A DNA stretch of 64,000 bases from Phaeosaccion multiseriatum. Its lineage: Eukaryota > Protista > Ochrophyta, other classes. Positions 51,597 to 62,412 of the stretch are shown piece after piece. The translations under genes were made by a program, and so were the position numbers. A model generated the notes under the pieces. The model was given only the letters and a program-made list of their open reading frames with translations. It did no database searches and was not told the DNA's origin. The stretch lies in contig OZ218952.1 in the NCBI GenBank assembly GCA_965112735.1, positions 1,178,001 to 1,242,000 of the forward strand, in the 5' to 3' direction. Positions within the stretch are counted from its first letter, which is position 1, and the number at the start of each line of letters is the position of its first letter.

Positions 51597-53166
51597 AGTA
51601 GAGGCATTCATCGGCGGGGACGCGCGGGAAGGGAGGGAGGGTGGGCAGAGCGTCAGGAGGGACGGAGCGCAAGGAAGGTCAGGGCTCTGCTGCGAGTATC
51701 CGACCTCAGATGCTTGACCCTATACCGACTAAACCAAGCTGGAACGGAAACTGGCACTCACTCACCTGAGGAGAGGTACAAGTTGAAGGTCCTCCTCGAC
51801 AGACTGAGACACACCACGTCGGTTTCCGCCATGACGCTCGCTGTGCGCCGGCACTGCTCCACCAGAGCCACCTGGTACAAGGAGGGAGGGAGGGAGGGAG
51901 GGAGGGAGGGAGGGAGGGAGGAGGGAGGGAGGGAGGGAGGGAGGGAGGGAGGGAGGGAGGGAGGGAGGGAGGGAGGGAGGGAGGGAGGGAGGGAGGGAGG
52001 GAGGGAGGGAGGGAGGGAGGGAGGGAGGGAGGGAGGGAGGGAGGGAGGGAGGGAGGGAGGGAGGGAGGGAGGGAGGGAGCGTTCGTTTTCCATCGTCCCT
52101 CCCCTCTTCTGTGAGTTGCAATTGACGGCCATCAATCTCTCCTCTGCTCTCTGATGCCTGCCATTGGCCGCCATCCGTCGCTCGTCCCTTTCTCTCCTCT
52201 CGGATGCCATTGACTGCCATCTATCCATCCCTCTCTCTCACCTCCCCAAAGTAGTCCATGTCCCTCAACTTGGCCACCTCCACACGTGCGTTAGGCTTAG
52301 CTGGGTCCTGGCCCTTCATGGTGACTGAGCACACCCCCTCCTTGATGATGTAGAACGTATTGCCGGGTTTGTCCTGCTCGCAGATGTACGTCCCTGAAGG
52401 GGGAGGGGGAGGGAGGAAGGTAAGCGTAGTACCGCCTCCCGCCTCCCTCCCCTTTGCTTCGATCGCATGGTTGCACCATAAGTCTGTGTCTGTGTGTGTG
52501 CGTATGAGCGCGTGCGTGCGTCCCCCACACACTCTGTCCTTACAGGTGTTTGAGGAGGGGCAGAGGAGAAAGGAAGGCACGTCGTCTTTCCTCTCTCTGC
52601 TTCCCTCCGTCCCTCTCCCCCCCCCCCCTCTCTCTCACCTGCCCTGAAGTGCATCATCATAAGCGACTGTGCCACCTTCAGCCTCTGATCCTGATTAAGC
52701 GGCGCAAACACGCTGACTCTATCAATGATGTCAAGAACCATCTTCTCGTCCTCAACGCTCTGTGCAGTTTCGGGTCCGAAAAGGAGGGCACGGGAGAAAG
52801 CGGCGAGTAGAAAGAGGCCACAGCAGGCGGAGATGAAGTTAGGGGTAGGGACATTTGGTTGGAGTGAGTAGTCAAGAAGGAGCGACCGTACACAGCGATG
52901 ATGCCTCCCAAAGCCTCTGTCTGAGTCATTCGGTTGTAAGCAGTCGAATCGATACACAGATCAAAGGTCGAGTGGATACAAGACAGAAGGCCGTGTCTGT
53001 TATTTCATGGCGGTGCTTGCTCCGACTCCATACGTGCCTCCTGCTGGGAGCCTCCGAAGCCGTCGTCGCTCGCAAGGCTGGAGGCAACTGTCGAGTCGTC
53101 GGGTGCAGAGCGATTCTGATTTTGGGTAGAGCCGGTCGCTCCCCACCTTGGTAAGTGAGTGAGTGA

Positions 53167-53203
<37 letters not shown>

Positions 53204-54781
53204 AGAGAGAGGACAGACGGCGACTACAGGGTTGAGCATACGCCGACAGCAAGGACAAGCTCTACCCACTCACGCTCCCACCAACACACGCACGCACCCA
53301 ACAACCACCCACACCCACCCACGCACCCACCGGAAAGTGTGACCGTTGATGCCACCGGTCCCCTCCCGGTTCTTGTCGGAAAAGTCCATAAACTTGTTAT
53401 CCGCCAACCAACACAGCTGGACCCCCCCCTCATGCCCCTGTCCACGGGCCGCATAGTAGGACTTGAGATGTGTCTCGTGCGACACAACGGCGTGGTCGCC
53501 AAAGTAACCGCCCTTTCCCAGTGTCTCCACGAGTTCCCAGTCGCTTGGACAGGGCACGACGATACTTGTGCTGTCGGTAGTGTCGGGGGCGGTGGTGAGC
53601 GTTGTGGTGCTTGTGCTGATGTTGTTGTTGTCGTTGTCGATGGGGGGGGCTATGTCGATGGTGGTGGTGGTGGTGGTTGCTGAGGTGGTGACACTGCCGG
53701 GGTGGCTGTGGTAGCGCACCACTTGCACACTTCCGGAGACAACCACGTAGAATTTGTCACCTTGGGGGGGGGGCAAGGAGGGAGAGAAGTGGAGAGAGAG
53801 GGGGCAAGGCTGATGACCAGGGAATGACGGACTGGGGAACGAGGCTGTTGGCAGGAAGTGGTGTCAAGAGCGAGGGGCTGGGACAGCGAGGCAGGGTAGA
53901 AGCTCGGGAGGGTCGTCTACAGCAGTCCGAGAGAGACGCGCTGCTCCACCAAGCAGGGTTTGTCTTGCGTCTCCCCTTTCTCCCCCACTCTGTCCACACA
54001 CCAACGCAGAGGAGCAAATAGAGAGAAAGGTGCGGCTCACTGACCTGGTCCATTCTGACGCGCAATCTCCGCTCCAGCTTCATACGTTCGATAGTCAAAG
54101 GCGTCGATCAGATCGGCCACATCCGCATCACTCAGATTGTCTGCGTGGGACGGACACGAGGGATGGAGAGGGTTATATTCTGTCGATCAGCCTTTAACTG
54201 TACTCATCAGCCTTGCCCGGCTCAGCGCACCCCAACCCTTTTCGCTTTTCCTCACGCTCTCTCCCCCCCAGCCAGCACTCGACTGATCCCTCCTCTGCCT
54301 CGAATAGATGCCTTTTACTTGCAATGCATGACTTACGAAAGTAGGGGAGAGAGAGTACGACTTTTCTGATGACGGCTACCCTGTTGTTCTCTTCCTCTCT
54401 CAGTTGCTGCTTCACCCTCTCCTTTGCATCCAGCTCGAGACCTTGATTCTGCTTGCGCGAGAATAAGCGGATGGTGGCAATCTCCTGCAGCAGAGCATTG
54501 GAGCTTATTTGGGTGGCCACCTGGTCTTCCCTATCTGCCCTCTGCGGTCGTCCCGTCGCTTCTGCAAGTCCTATTTCTGCGTCACCTTCGTTCTGCTGCT
54601 GCTGCTGTTGCTGCTGTTGCCTTTTCTCCCTTCCCTTTCCCCCCTTCCCTCCACGCTGCTGCTTCTTCATCGCCCTGGGCGCCATTCCCCCTCCCAGAAG
54701 GGGTGGTAGCATAAGACCATCATCAAACGGAAAGCCCTCCTCGCCAGCCATCTGCGACAGCTGCGGGGGGCTGAGCAACAT
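44489..54781 (-). CDS. Large protein with four cyclic-nucleotide-binding (CAP_ED) domains and no kinase domain, many exons
   Basis: GDKFYVVVSG...YFGD; PGNTFYIIKEG...YFGEVALVEQCRRTASVMA; AYFILK...DFFGHGVLEGVSIRKTSVIA; GLYIILSG...YFGESGIV...RFTIVASSHLQLLVL. Ends in a long low-complexity exon. Confidence 0.85.
47814..47962. repeat. (GGAA)n microsatellite, intronic
   Basis: Directly visible. Confidence 0.93.
48119..48190. repeat. 10-bp minisatellite (CCACTGCCAT)n, about 7 units, with dispersed copies elsewhere
   Basis: Directly visible. Confidence 0.9.
50127..50441. repeat. (GGGA)n microsatellite, intronic; second tract at about 51881-52079
   Basis: Directly visible. Reads as (CCCT)n just before acceptors on the coding (minus) strand. 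Confidence 0.95.
50665..51248. repeat. (GATA/GATG/GACA)n compound microsatellite, intronic
   Basis: Directly visible. Confidence 0.95.
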
Positions 54782-54934
54782 TGTGGCGTGTGTGTCCTAA
54801 CGACACTCTAATGGATCAAGACGGCCCATGCCCTCATTGGCCCTCCCACCCTCGATACAACAAATGAAACGTTGTGCCGTCGTCGGATCCTCATTATTGG
54901 GTTCAAAAACACACAGACTAAAAACAAGGCTAAC

Positions 54935-56552
54935 ATGCTGGACATGGACGAGGCGGGAGCTGGCTGGACGGGCGTAAGGAGGGGGGACGGTGCGGTCTCC
55001 GGACTCCGCTGGATTTGGCTGTGCCTGGCCTCTCTCGTGCTCCTCTCTCTCCTTCCAATTGGCCAGGCTTTCAGCAGCCTACTTGTGTCTACTACCCCTC
55101 CTCCGAGAGGAGGGCCGCTGCTGGCGCTGAGAGGAGACGAGCCCGTATCTAGTGCCGCTGCTACGCTGCGTAGACACGCTGCTTCTCTCGGTCGGAGGGG
55201 TCAAGCATCGGGGTTCCAAGGAGGTCCCGCTTCCCCCATGGTGGTGTCTCTCGGAAGGAGCTCGCATCCCAGCAGCGGTGGCACGGAGAGTAGAGCCGAG
55301 GTCGTCCTGGTGGACGACGAGGAGCCCTTACTCACCGCCGTCAGGGACTACTTGCGAGACTGCGGCTTCAGTGTGAAGGCCTTTGGCTCCGCGATCGAGG
55401 CGTGCACGTACCTGTATGAGGTGAGGGAGAGAGTGCGGATGTTGTTCGGAGTGGGATGGGCGGAGAGCGAGAGACAGAAAAGGAGACATGGGAGGCTGAT
55501 GAAGGGAAGAAGCAGTGCTGAAGCGCCGTGCTCTCCCTCTCTCTTTTTTTCTCGATGCACAGGTTCCGTCCGCCACTGCCCCCCTTCCGGACGTGATTGT
55601 GTCCGACGTGACGATGCCAGTCATGGACGGCTACCACCTGCTGCGGCAAGTCAAGGAGATCCCCGCCGTGCGCAACACGCCCGTCATCTTCCTCACTGCT
55701 CGAGGCATGACGAGGGACCGTATTCGCGGCTACGAGGCGGGCGTCAACGCCTACCTACCCAAGCCCTTCGACCCCGACGAGCTCGTTTCCATCGTGCTCA
55801 ACCTCGTGGCCAAGGTGAGGCAGGAGCGAGCCAAGGAGACGGACATGCAGAAAGAGATGGACAAGGTGAAGGAGCAGAGCGCCGCCACGGCTGTGGTGGC
55901 CAAGAGCAGCGCCGCAGACGGAGCTGCCACTACCGCTGCCGCTACCTCGACCCCCCCCAGAAAGAAGAAGAGCAGCAAGAGTCGCAGCAAAGCGCGCTCC
56001 GAACAAGGTGGCGAAGCAGCAGCGGTACCATCACCAGCACCAGTACCAGCACCGTCAGCAGCAGCAGCGCCCGCACCAGCACCACGAGCACCAGTTGGCA
56101 GTACGGCAGCGGCCAAAGCGAGAGCTCCGGTCACGCCCCCCCCTCCCTTGACTCCGCGAGAAGCAGCGGTGCTCGAGCTTGTCTGCGAAGGTAAGAAGAA
56201 GAGCGATATGCAAATAGGCGCCTCCCCCTTTTCGCCTCCATCTATCCTCACCAACACTGTATGTATCTCTCCCTGTCCCACGTCCTTCTGCCTCTTTGAT
56301 GGATCGATCGATCGATCCATCGGTTGGTCTGGTCGGGTCGGGTTGGGTCGGGTTGGGTCTGGTTGGGTTGGGCCTACTCACCGCACACTCTGGACCCCCA
56401 AAGGCATGACCAACAGGGAGATTGGGGTGGAGCTCAAAGCGTCTCCCAGTGGAGTGGAGAAGCACGTCTCTAAACTCTTCGTCAAGACGGGCACGACGAA
56501 GAGGACCGACCTCGTGCGCTATGCCATCAGGCACGGCCTCGCCACCCCGTGA
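54935..56552 (+). CDS. ycf29: Nucleus-encoded, plastid-targeted NarL/LuxR response regulator, Ycf29 (cyanobacterial Rre1)-like; exons 54935-55420, 55563-56190, 56404-56552
   Basis: Signal peptide ends GQA-FSS. Receiver domain LVDDE...PDVIVSDVTMPVMDG...PVIFLTARGMTRDRIRGYEAGVNAYLPKPFDPDELV. HTH LTPREAAVLELVCEGMTNREI...VEKHVSKLFVKTGT...LVRYAIRHGL. Confidence 0.9.
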
Positions 56553-57146
56553 CTGCTTGGGTTTGCTCCTGAATGGGGCTGTGTTGACGGGGATGGGTCG
56601 GCAGCGGTGCGGCCCCTCGACGGGGTGACTGCTGGCACTAGTGTGGTGAATGGGTTGGCAGCCTTGCTGAGAGGGACCGGCTGCGCAGCTGCCCACAGAG
56701 AGAGGCAAAGATGGGAGCATGGGTGGTCGGATACCAGTGCCCAGGGCCAAGACTCATTCATACACACAGCGCGCGTCGCTATGGTATTGGAAAGGTGTCC
56801 CTGTGTGAGTGCTCTGATGGCGCGGAGGGGGGCATGCGAAGCACGAGACACAAGACCACAAGACGGCCACCCGCTCGGCCCTCTGAGGCAGACAGAAGGA
56901 GCCATGCACACGCAGACACACGGACGGACACGAGTTGCTCAGAGGGGGCCCTCCCATCCATTGGGGTCTTGGTGGTGTTGCGCTTTGCGGCGAGACGGGC
57001 GGCCCTTTCTGGCAGGCCTGGAGAGACATTGGCCTACCCGTGGGCGGAACAAAGCAAAACGCAAGCGGGGGGGAAGAGTCAGCAACAGCAGGCCAGACCC
57101 ATCAAACGGGGTCTGCCTGCCCAACCAAGAGACCCGAGACAATGAT

Positions 57147-57183
<37 letters not shown>

Positions 57184-58039
57184 TTTCTTCATATTTAGAA
57201 TGGGCGCACACGCCACACACGGTGCTGAAGTTCTTACACGGGGGCCGCGACCGCTGAACAGAGAAGGCAGAGCCAGTCAACCAGCAGCCACCTTGAGCTT
57301 CAGTCCCTGCCTACTTTCGTTTCTGAAATCATGGACACGTTATATTCCACGTTGAATCAAAGAGCCTTTACTCGACCATTGCACCACCCCGATGAGGCCG
57401 TGCCTTCGATCCTGAAGCAAACGTGGTCATCACCTGTGCCCCGTTAAAAGCACAAAGTCACCACCAAGTTATGTACGAAATGCGCACCGCCTCCTGCGGC
57501 TATCTGCTGCTGTTGCTAGACTAGGCTCCACCGCCGCCTGTGAGAAGGTAGAAGGACAACAGGGGAAGGGCAGAGAGACAAGACAGACCAGTTGGAGATT
57601 CGGTGAGCGGCGAAGCGACTAAAGATGGCTCAGAGTCTCGGGGAACATGGGGCAAAATAGAGAATAGGGCCTCTTGTGTCCATCGTGAATGCCCGTTACA
57701 GAATGCCGCACTGGAGAGGAGGCTCTTCTGTCGCGGTCATGGGGGCGCCGCGAGAACAAAAGTCTCATCGTGTGCCTCGCATGCATGCTCCCCACCCACG
57801 CCTCGGCAAGTAGAGGCCCCTCGCAAGAGAGAGGAATACCCTCGTCTTATCTGTCTGGCCAGGCTGTCTAGCTCTTTGCCTGCCCTTTGGTGATTCACGC
57901 CGCGCAGCGTGAGGCCCGACCCGTCTCCCCATCGCACTGCAAGGGCACCACATACGCTCGCTCGCCTTGTGAGGCGGGACTCTCCCTCTCCCCAAACTTC
58001 ACGCTCTGCTCTCTCAGTGCCTCCCACAAAGCACTCACT

Positions 58040-58977
58040 TTAGTAGTCTCCTCCCTCCTCCCCGCCGAACATATCCATGCCTCCTCCCATGTCGACCTCC
58101 TCCTCCTCCTCCTTCTCCTCTACTGGTGCGGCTGCGGCGGCATCTCCACCTCCTCCACCTCCCCCGCCTCCACCTGAAAAGACAAAATTAAGAGCAGGCA
58201 TGTGGTTGGCGAGGTTAGACGAGAGAGAGTGGTGAAAGGGCAGCGACATGGGGGACATGTGTGCCCGTGACGTGTGGGGTTGCGGCAAGGGGGCGAAGAC
58301 TAGAAGCGCGTGCTTCTCTCCTTGAACAGCATGCGGTGCCTCCATGCTCCACGTCCTCCTTCCGTACCTCCTCCTGATCCCGGCGCGGCCAGGAACTTTT
58401 CGCACCCCTCCGACTTCTCAAGCATGCTCGCGAAGAGGTTGGTCCAGTATGCTGGCACGGAGTTGCCTAGGACGGGGGCAAGGGAGGGGGGGGTAGGTGA
58501 GGTAAGTAAGAGCCGTGCCCTGTCACAACAACAGGGCGTCAAGGAAATGACTGAACAAGGCAGCATCTCAGTAATTCTCCCAGTCAGCCCCTTCCCTCCA
58601 ATGCATTCTCTCGTGCTCCTTACCTGATGCCGTGATGACGGAGGTCAGGTTCTCGGCGCTGAGCGCGACGCCTGCAGGACATGACAAAGGAAAGGAAAGG
58701 AGTGACAAAAAGGAATAAATGAGGACGAGGCTCGCTCCACAAGCAGGCTGCTGCTACAGAAGAATGAGCGACACAAAGTGCCAACAGCGAACGGCACACA
58801 AGTTCTTGGGTCGTTGCAGAGATTGCTGCTCTCCCTCTTCCCCTTCCCACCACCTCCATCGGCCCTGGCCACCTCCTTCTTTCGCCCTGTACCTGCATCC
58901 TCGCACAAGAGCGCGGAGAGGGAGACGACGAGCTCGTTCTTGGCTCCATCAGAGATCTCGGAGATAGGGGTGGCCAT
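58040..58977 (-). CDS. RPLP1: 60S acidic ribosomal protein P1, 4 exons
   Basis: ELVVSLSALLCEDA|GVALSAENLTSVITAS|GNSVPAYWTNLFASML...|AAAAPVEEKEEEEEVDMGGGMDMFGGEEGGDY*. Confidence 0.93.
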
Positions 58978-59972
58978 CGCTATTGCTGTTGGAGCTCTCT
59001 ACACAATGCTTTAGGCGCCATCCGACCACGAACCACGAGATTACGTATGGGGTTACGTAAGGAGAACTCCCTCATCCTTTTTTTCATCGGCTCCAGCTCC
59101 AGAGGACGGACGTTGCTGCAGATATTTCTGCTCGCACACTCCCTTCTGCTGTGATGGTGATGATGAGGGACCTGTGGACACGAATGCTCTCTGCCTCCGC
59201 GCGCTGATTGAGTAGAAGTGAGAGATAAAGGAAAACTGAAACTTCAAATTCCTTCTACCCGGGGGCTTGTGCGAGCGCACAACGTCCCCGCCCCCATGCA
59301 ATGAGCATGCACAATGTCCCCGCCCCCATACAATACGCCCCCTCCCCCCCGCCGCGCCCCCCCCCCCCTCCTCCTCCTCCTCCTCCTCCTCCTCCTCCTC
59401 GTCCTGATCTGGCTGCTGATCCAGTGAACATCTTCCTTCGCCCTCTGTTCGCCCGCTCTAGCTAGCTACAAGGAACAGAGCCCAGAACTATCATCATCTC
59501 ACTCGTCCTCAGAACTGGCTGGCTGGCTGGGCGGCGGGGCGACGACCCTAGATTCGAATTCCTGATGCCTTGCTTATTGAGCTACATCGCTGTTGCCGAT
59601 GTCAGCTGGCAGGCTATCAGCTATTCGCTTGCCGGCGCAGCCGCGCGCTACTATCAGCTATCGCCGGCGCCACCACCACCGGCAGGCTATCAGCTATCCC
59701 CCCCCCTCGACCCCCCCGCCCCGCCCCCCCCCTCAGGTACAGGGAGAGAAAGAGCTAGCCTCCAAGTGTACTGGCTGCCCGCGTGAACCGGCTGTTGGAA
59801 GGCCTCATATTAGATGGTCCTTAATGGTCTCTGTGTTTTAAATAGGAAGCAAGATGGTCCTGCGCTCCTGAAGCGCGTCAGTAATTCGCAGATCACAAAT
59901 GGCATCGCCATCTCTGTGTCCTATATGAGGTAGATCTTGTAAAGCAAGCGGCTGAGACGCTTTGCTCCACAC

Positions 59973-60073
59973 GGCGCGAAATAGCCCAGTACGCTATAGC
60001 GCATCAGGGGTCGACTCCCTCACGATGGTTCGTAAATTACGGCTTGCCCGTTTTCACCGTTTGGGGCGGGAAA
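59973..60073 (-). promoter_or_regulatory. Two canonical E2F-type sites upstream of the 60346 gene
   Basis: TTTCGCGCC (59973-59981) and TTTCCCGCC (60065-60073) on the minus strand, both matching TTTSSCGC. Confidence 0.4.
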
Positions 60074-60345
60074 GTTTATGTATTCGGAAAATCTGGCACG
60101 TGAAACTAAAATTCCTGCCCGTTGAGAGATCTGTGGGAGATCGGGTAAATTCCATTGTATAGAAGAGAGATCCTCTAGCCTCTAACCCATCCAACAAGAA
60201 TGTGCATCGGTGGGACGAGGGGAGGACTCCATTTTCAGCCATGATCTGTAATGCCTCAGTGCTCGCTCGGAGAGAGCAGAGCTGGGAACAGCCAAAGGAG
60301 GCAAGGCGGGCTTCTCCCAGGCTTTGAGCCCAAGGGGAGGGCAAG

Positions 60346-62371
60346 ATGAGTACGGCATCCGTGTTCGCCGCCAGTGCAGGAGCGGATGCGGTGATGAATA
60401 ACATTGCTCCTGGGGCTGGGACTGTGAGCGAGAGGGATCGCAGACTGCTGGAGAGGGAGGCAAAGTATAGGCAGAGGAGGCGAGACAGCGCTGCCACGGG
60501 GGAGAGTAGCATCCCTATTCAGAATCAACCGCCTCAGCACGATGCCACGAGCTTTGAGGCGAGGGAGCAGCTGCGGCAGGACTTTGCCGACGCTGCTGGA
60601 GACTCTCAGCAGATGTCTATCACTGCTGCGGCTGCGGGTGGAGGATCGGGAGGAGGGGGAGATGCCACGGGTGGTGCGACTCAACGAAGGAGCAGCGGAG
60701 GAGGGGTACTGCAAGCGCTGGAAAAAGACGCCTCCTCTGGCGACATTTTGGGCCTGGGAAGGGAAGGAAGAGGAGAAATTGCCGCTACCGGCGTGGACAG
60801 CATTCGAGACAGAAAGTACCAGGAGAAGCGACGCCTCTACGAACAGCAACAGCAGCAGCAGCAGCAGCATCCCCCACAAAGAGGAGCGCCTGTGAGTACC
60901 GGACCACCTGGTGGGCACCACCCGAGGGAGGCCCAACAACAGCACCTGCAGGAGGAGGGTCCTCCACGTGGTGAAAAGAACTCGCAGAGACTCTATGCAG
61001 AGCAGCTGGTGAGAGACCAGGTAGCTGGTGAGGCTGTGCGAGCGGCAGAGCGGGCAAGGCAAGAAATGCATGAGCGCACGGTGCAACAGCAGCAGCAGCA
61101 GCAGCAGCAGTCCTCTGGGCAGCACCCTCACCCCTCTCAATCTCCACAGAGGGGTGCTACTACTGCAGCCCCGGACCCCAAGGCGGTCTATGCGGCACAG
61201 CTCAAGAGGGACGAGGCGGTGGCCGAAGCAGTGCGTGCGGCGGAGAGAGAGAGGGAGGCCACACGACGCTTGTCAGGGGGGCATTCTCAACGCGGAGGAG
61301 GAGGAGGCCGTGGGGCTGCCGTTGCTGGCTCTCTCACACCACGCCACGGCCAGCTGAACCCCAAGGCTCTGTACGCGGAGCAGCTAAGGAGGGACCAATT
61401 GGTAGCGGAGGCTGCTAAAGCAGCGGAGATGGAGAGAGACAGGGCAAGACGCCCGTCGTGGGACCGAGAGAAGCACCAAGAGCAGCTTCATCAGCAACCA
61501 CATTTGGCGACGGCGGCAGTCGACCCAAAGGCACAGTACGCGAAGCAGCTGAGGAGGGACGAGATGGTGGCAGAGGCGGCGAGGGCCGCGGAAAAAGAGG
61601 CGCAAGAGAAGAGACGCCTCTCGGCAGCTCATGGCCAGCAGCAGCAGCAGACGCCAAGGAGGGTCGCGGCGGCTGTTGATCCCAAAGCGGCGTATGCGGA
61701 GCAGCTGAGGAGAGATGAGGCGGTAGCAGAGACCCTGCGCGCAGCGGAGCGGGAAAGGGAGGCCAAGAGGCGCCTGTCAGGAAGCCATCAGCAGCAGCAG
61801 CAGCTACCGCAGCGGCATCAGGCGCCAGCTGCAGACGCTCGGAGGACGTACGCCCAGCAGCTGGAGAGCGACAAGATGGCAGCTGATGCAGCCCGAGCGG
61901 CGGAGAGAAGCCGAGAGGAGAGGAGGTACTCCGAAGGGCGGGGAGGGACGAGTGGGCAGCAGCAGGGAGCGCTGATCATAGGCGGCGGGGTGGACACGCA
62001 GAGGGCGTACAAGCAGCAGATTGACCGCGATCAAGTCATGGCCACGGCCACTGCTGCCAATGCCGCTGCGGTACACGGAGGAGGGTACGGCGAGCGCACG
62101 AATGGTCACGATGGCACTCCGCAGCAGTCGTATGGGCAGCAGTACCAGCCGCAGCCGCAGCAGGGAGGGAGGTACGAGGTGCAGGAACAGACTTATGGGT
62201 TGCAGCAGCAGTCATACGAGCAGCAGCAACACTTGCGACATGCACCACCTGTCGACCCCAAGAGGGCCTACGCAGAGCAACTTGCACACGACGAGAGAGT
62301 GGCAGAGGCAGCCCGGGCAGCGGAGAGAGAGCGGGAGGCAAGACGAAACCCTTTGGAGAGCTCAGGGCCCC

Positions 62372-62412
<41 letters not shown>

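Noticed and set aside
44489-54781. Calling the cNMP gene PKG or a PKA regulatory subunit
   Set aside because: No kinase motifs were seen, and four mostly degenerate CNBDs do not fit either architecture.
54935-56552. Bacterial contamination or recent HGT as the source of the response regulator
   Set aside because: It has spliceosomal introns, a targeting presequence and host-like composition, and is embedded among eukaryotic genes.
57300-57435. Possible C/D snoRNA on the minus strand (GTGATGA ... CTGA)
   Set aside because: No terminal stem or recognisable rRNA antisense element; the boxes alone are expected by chance.
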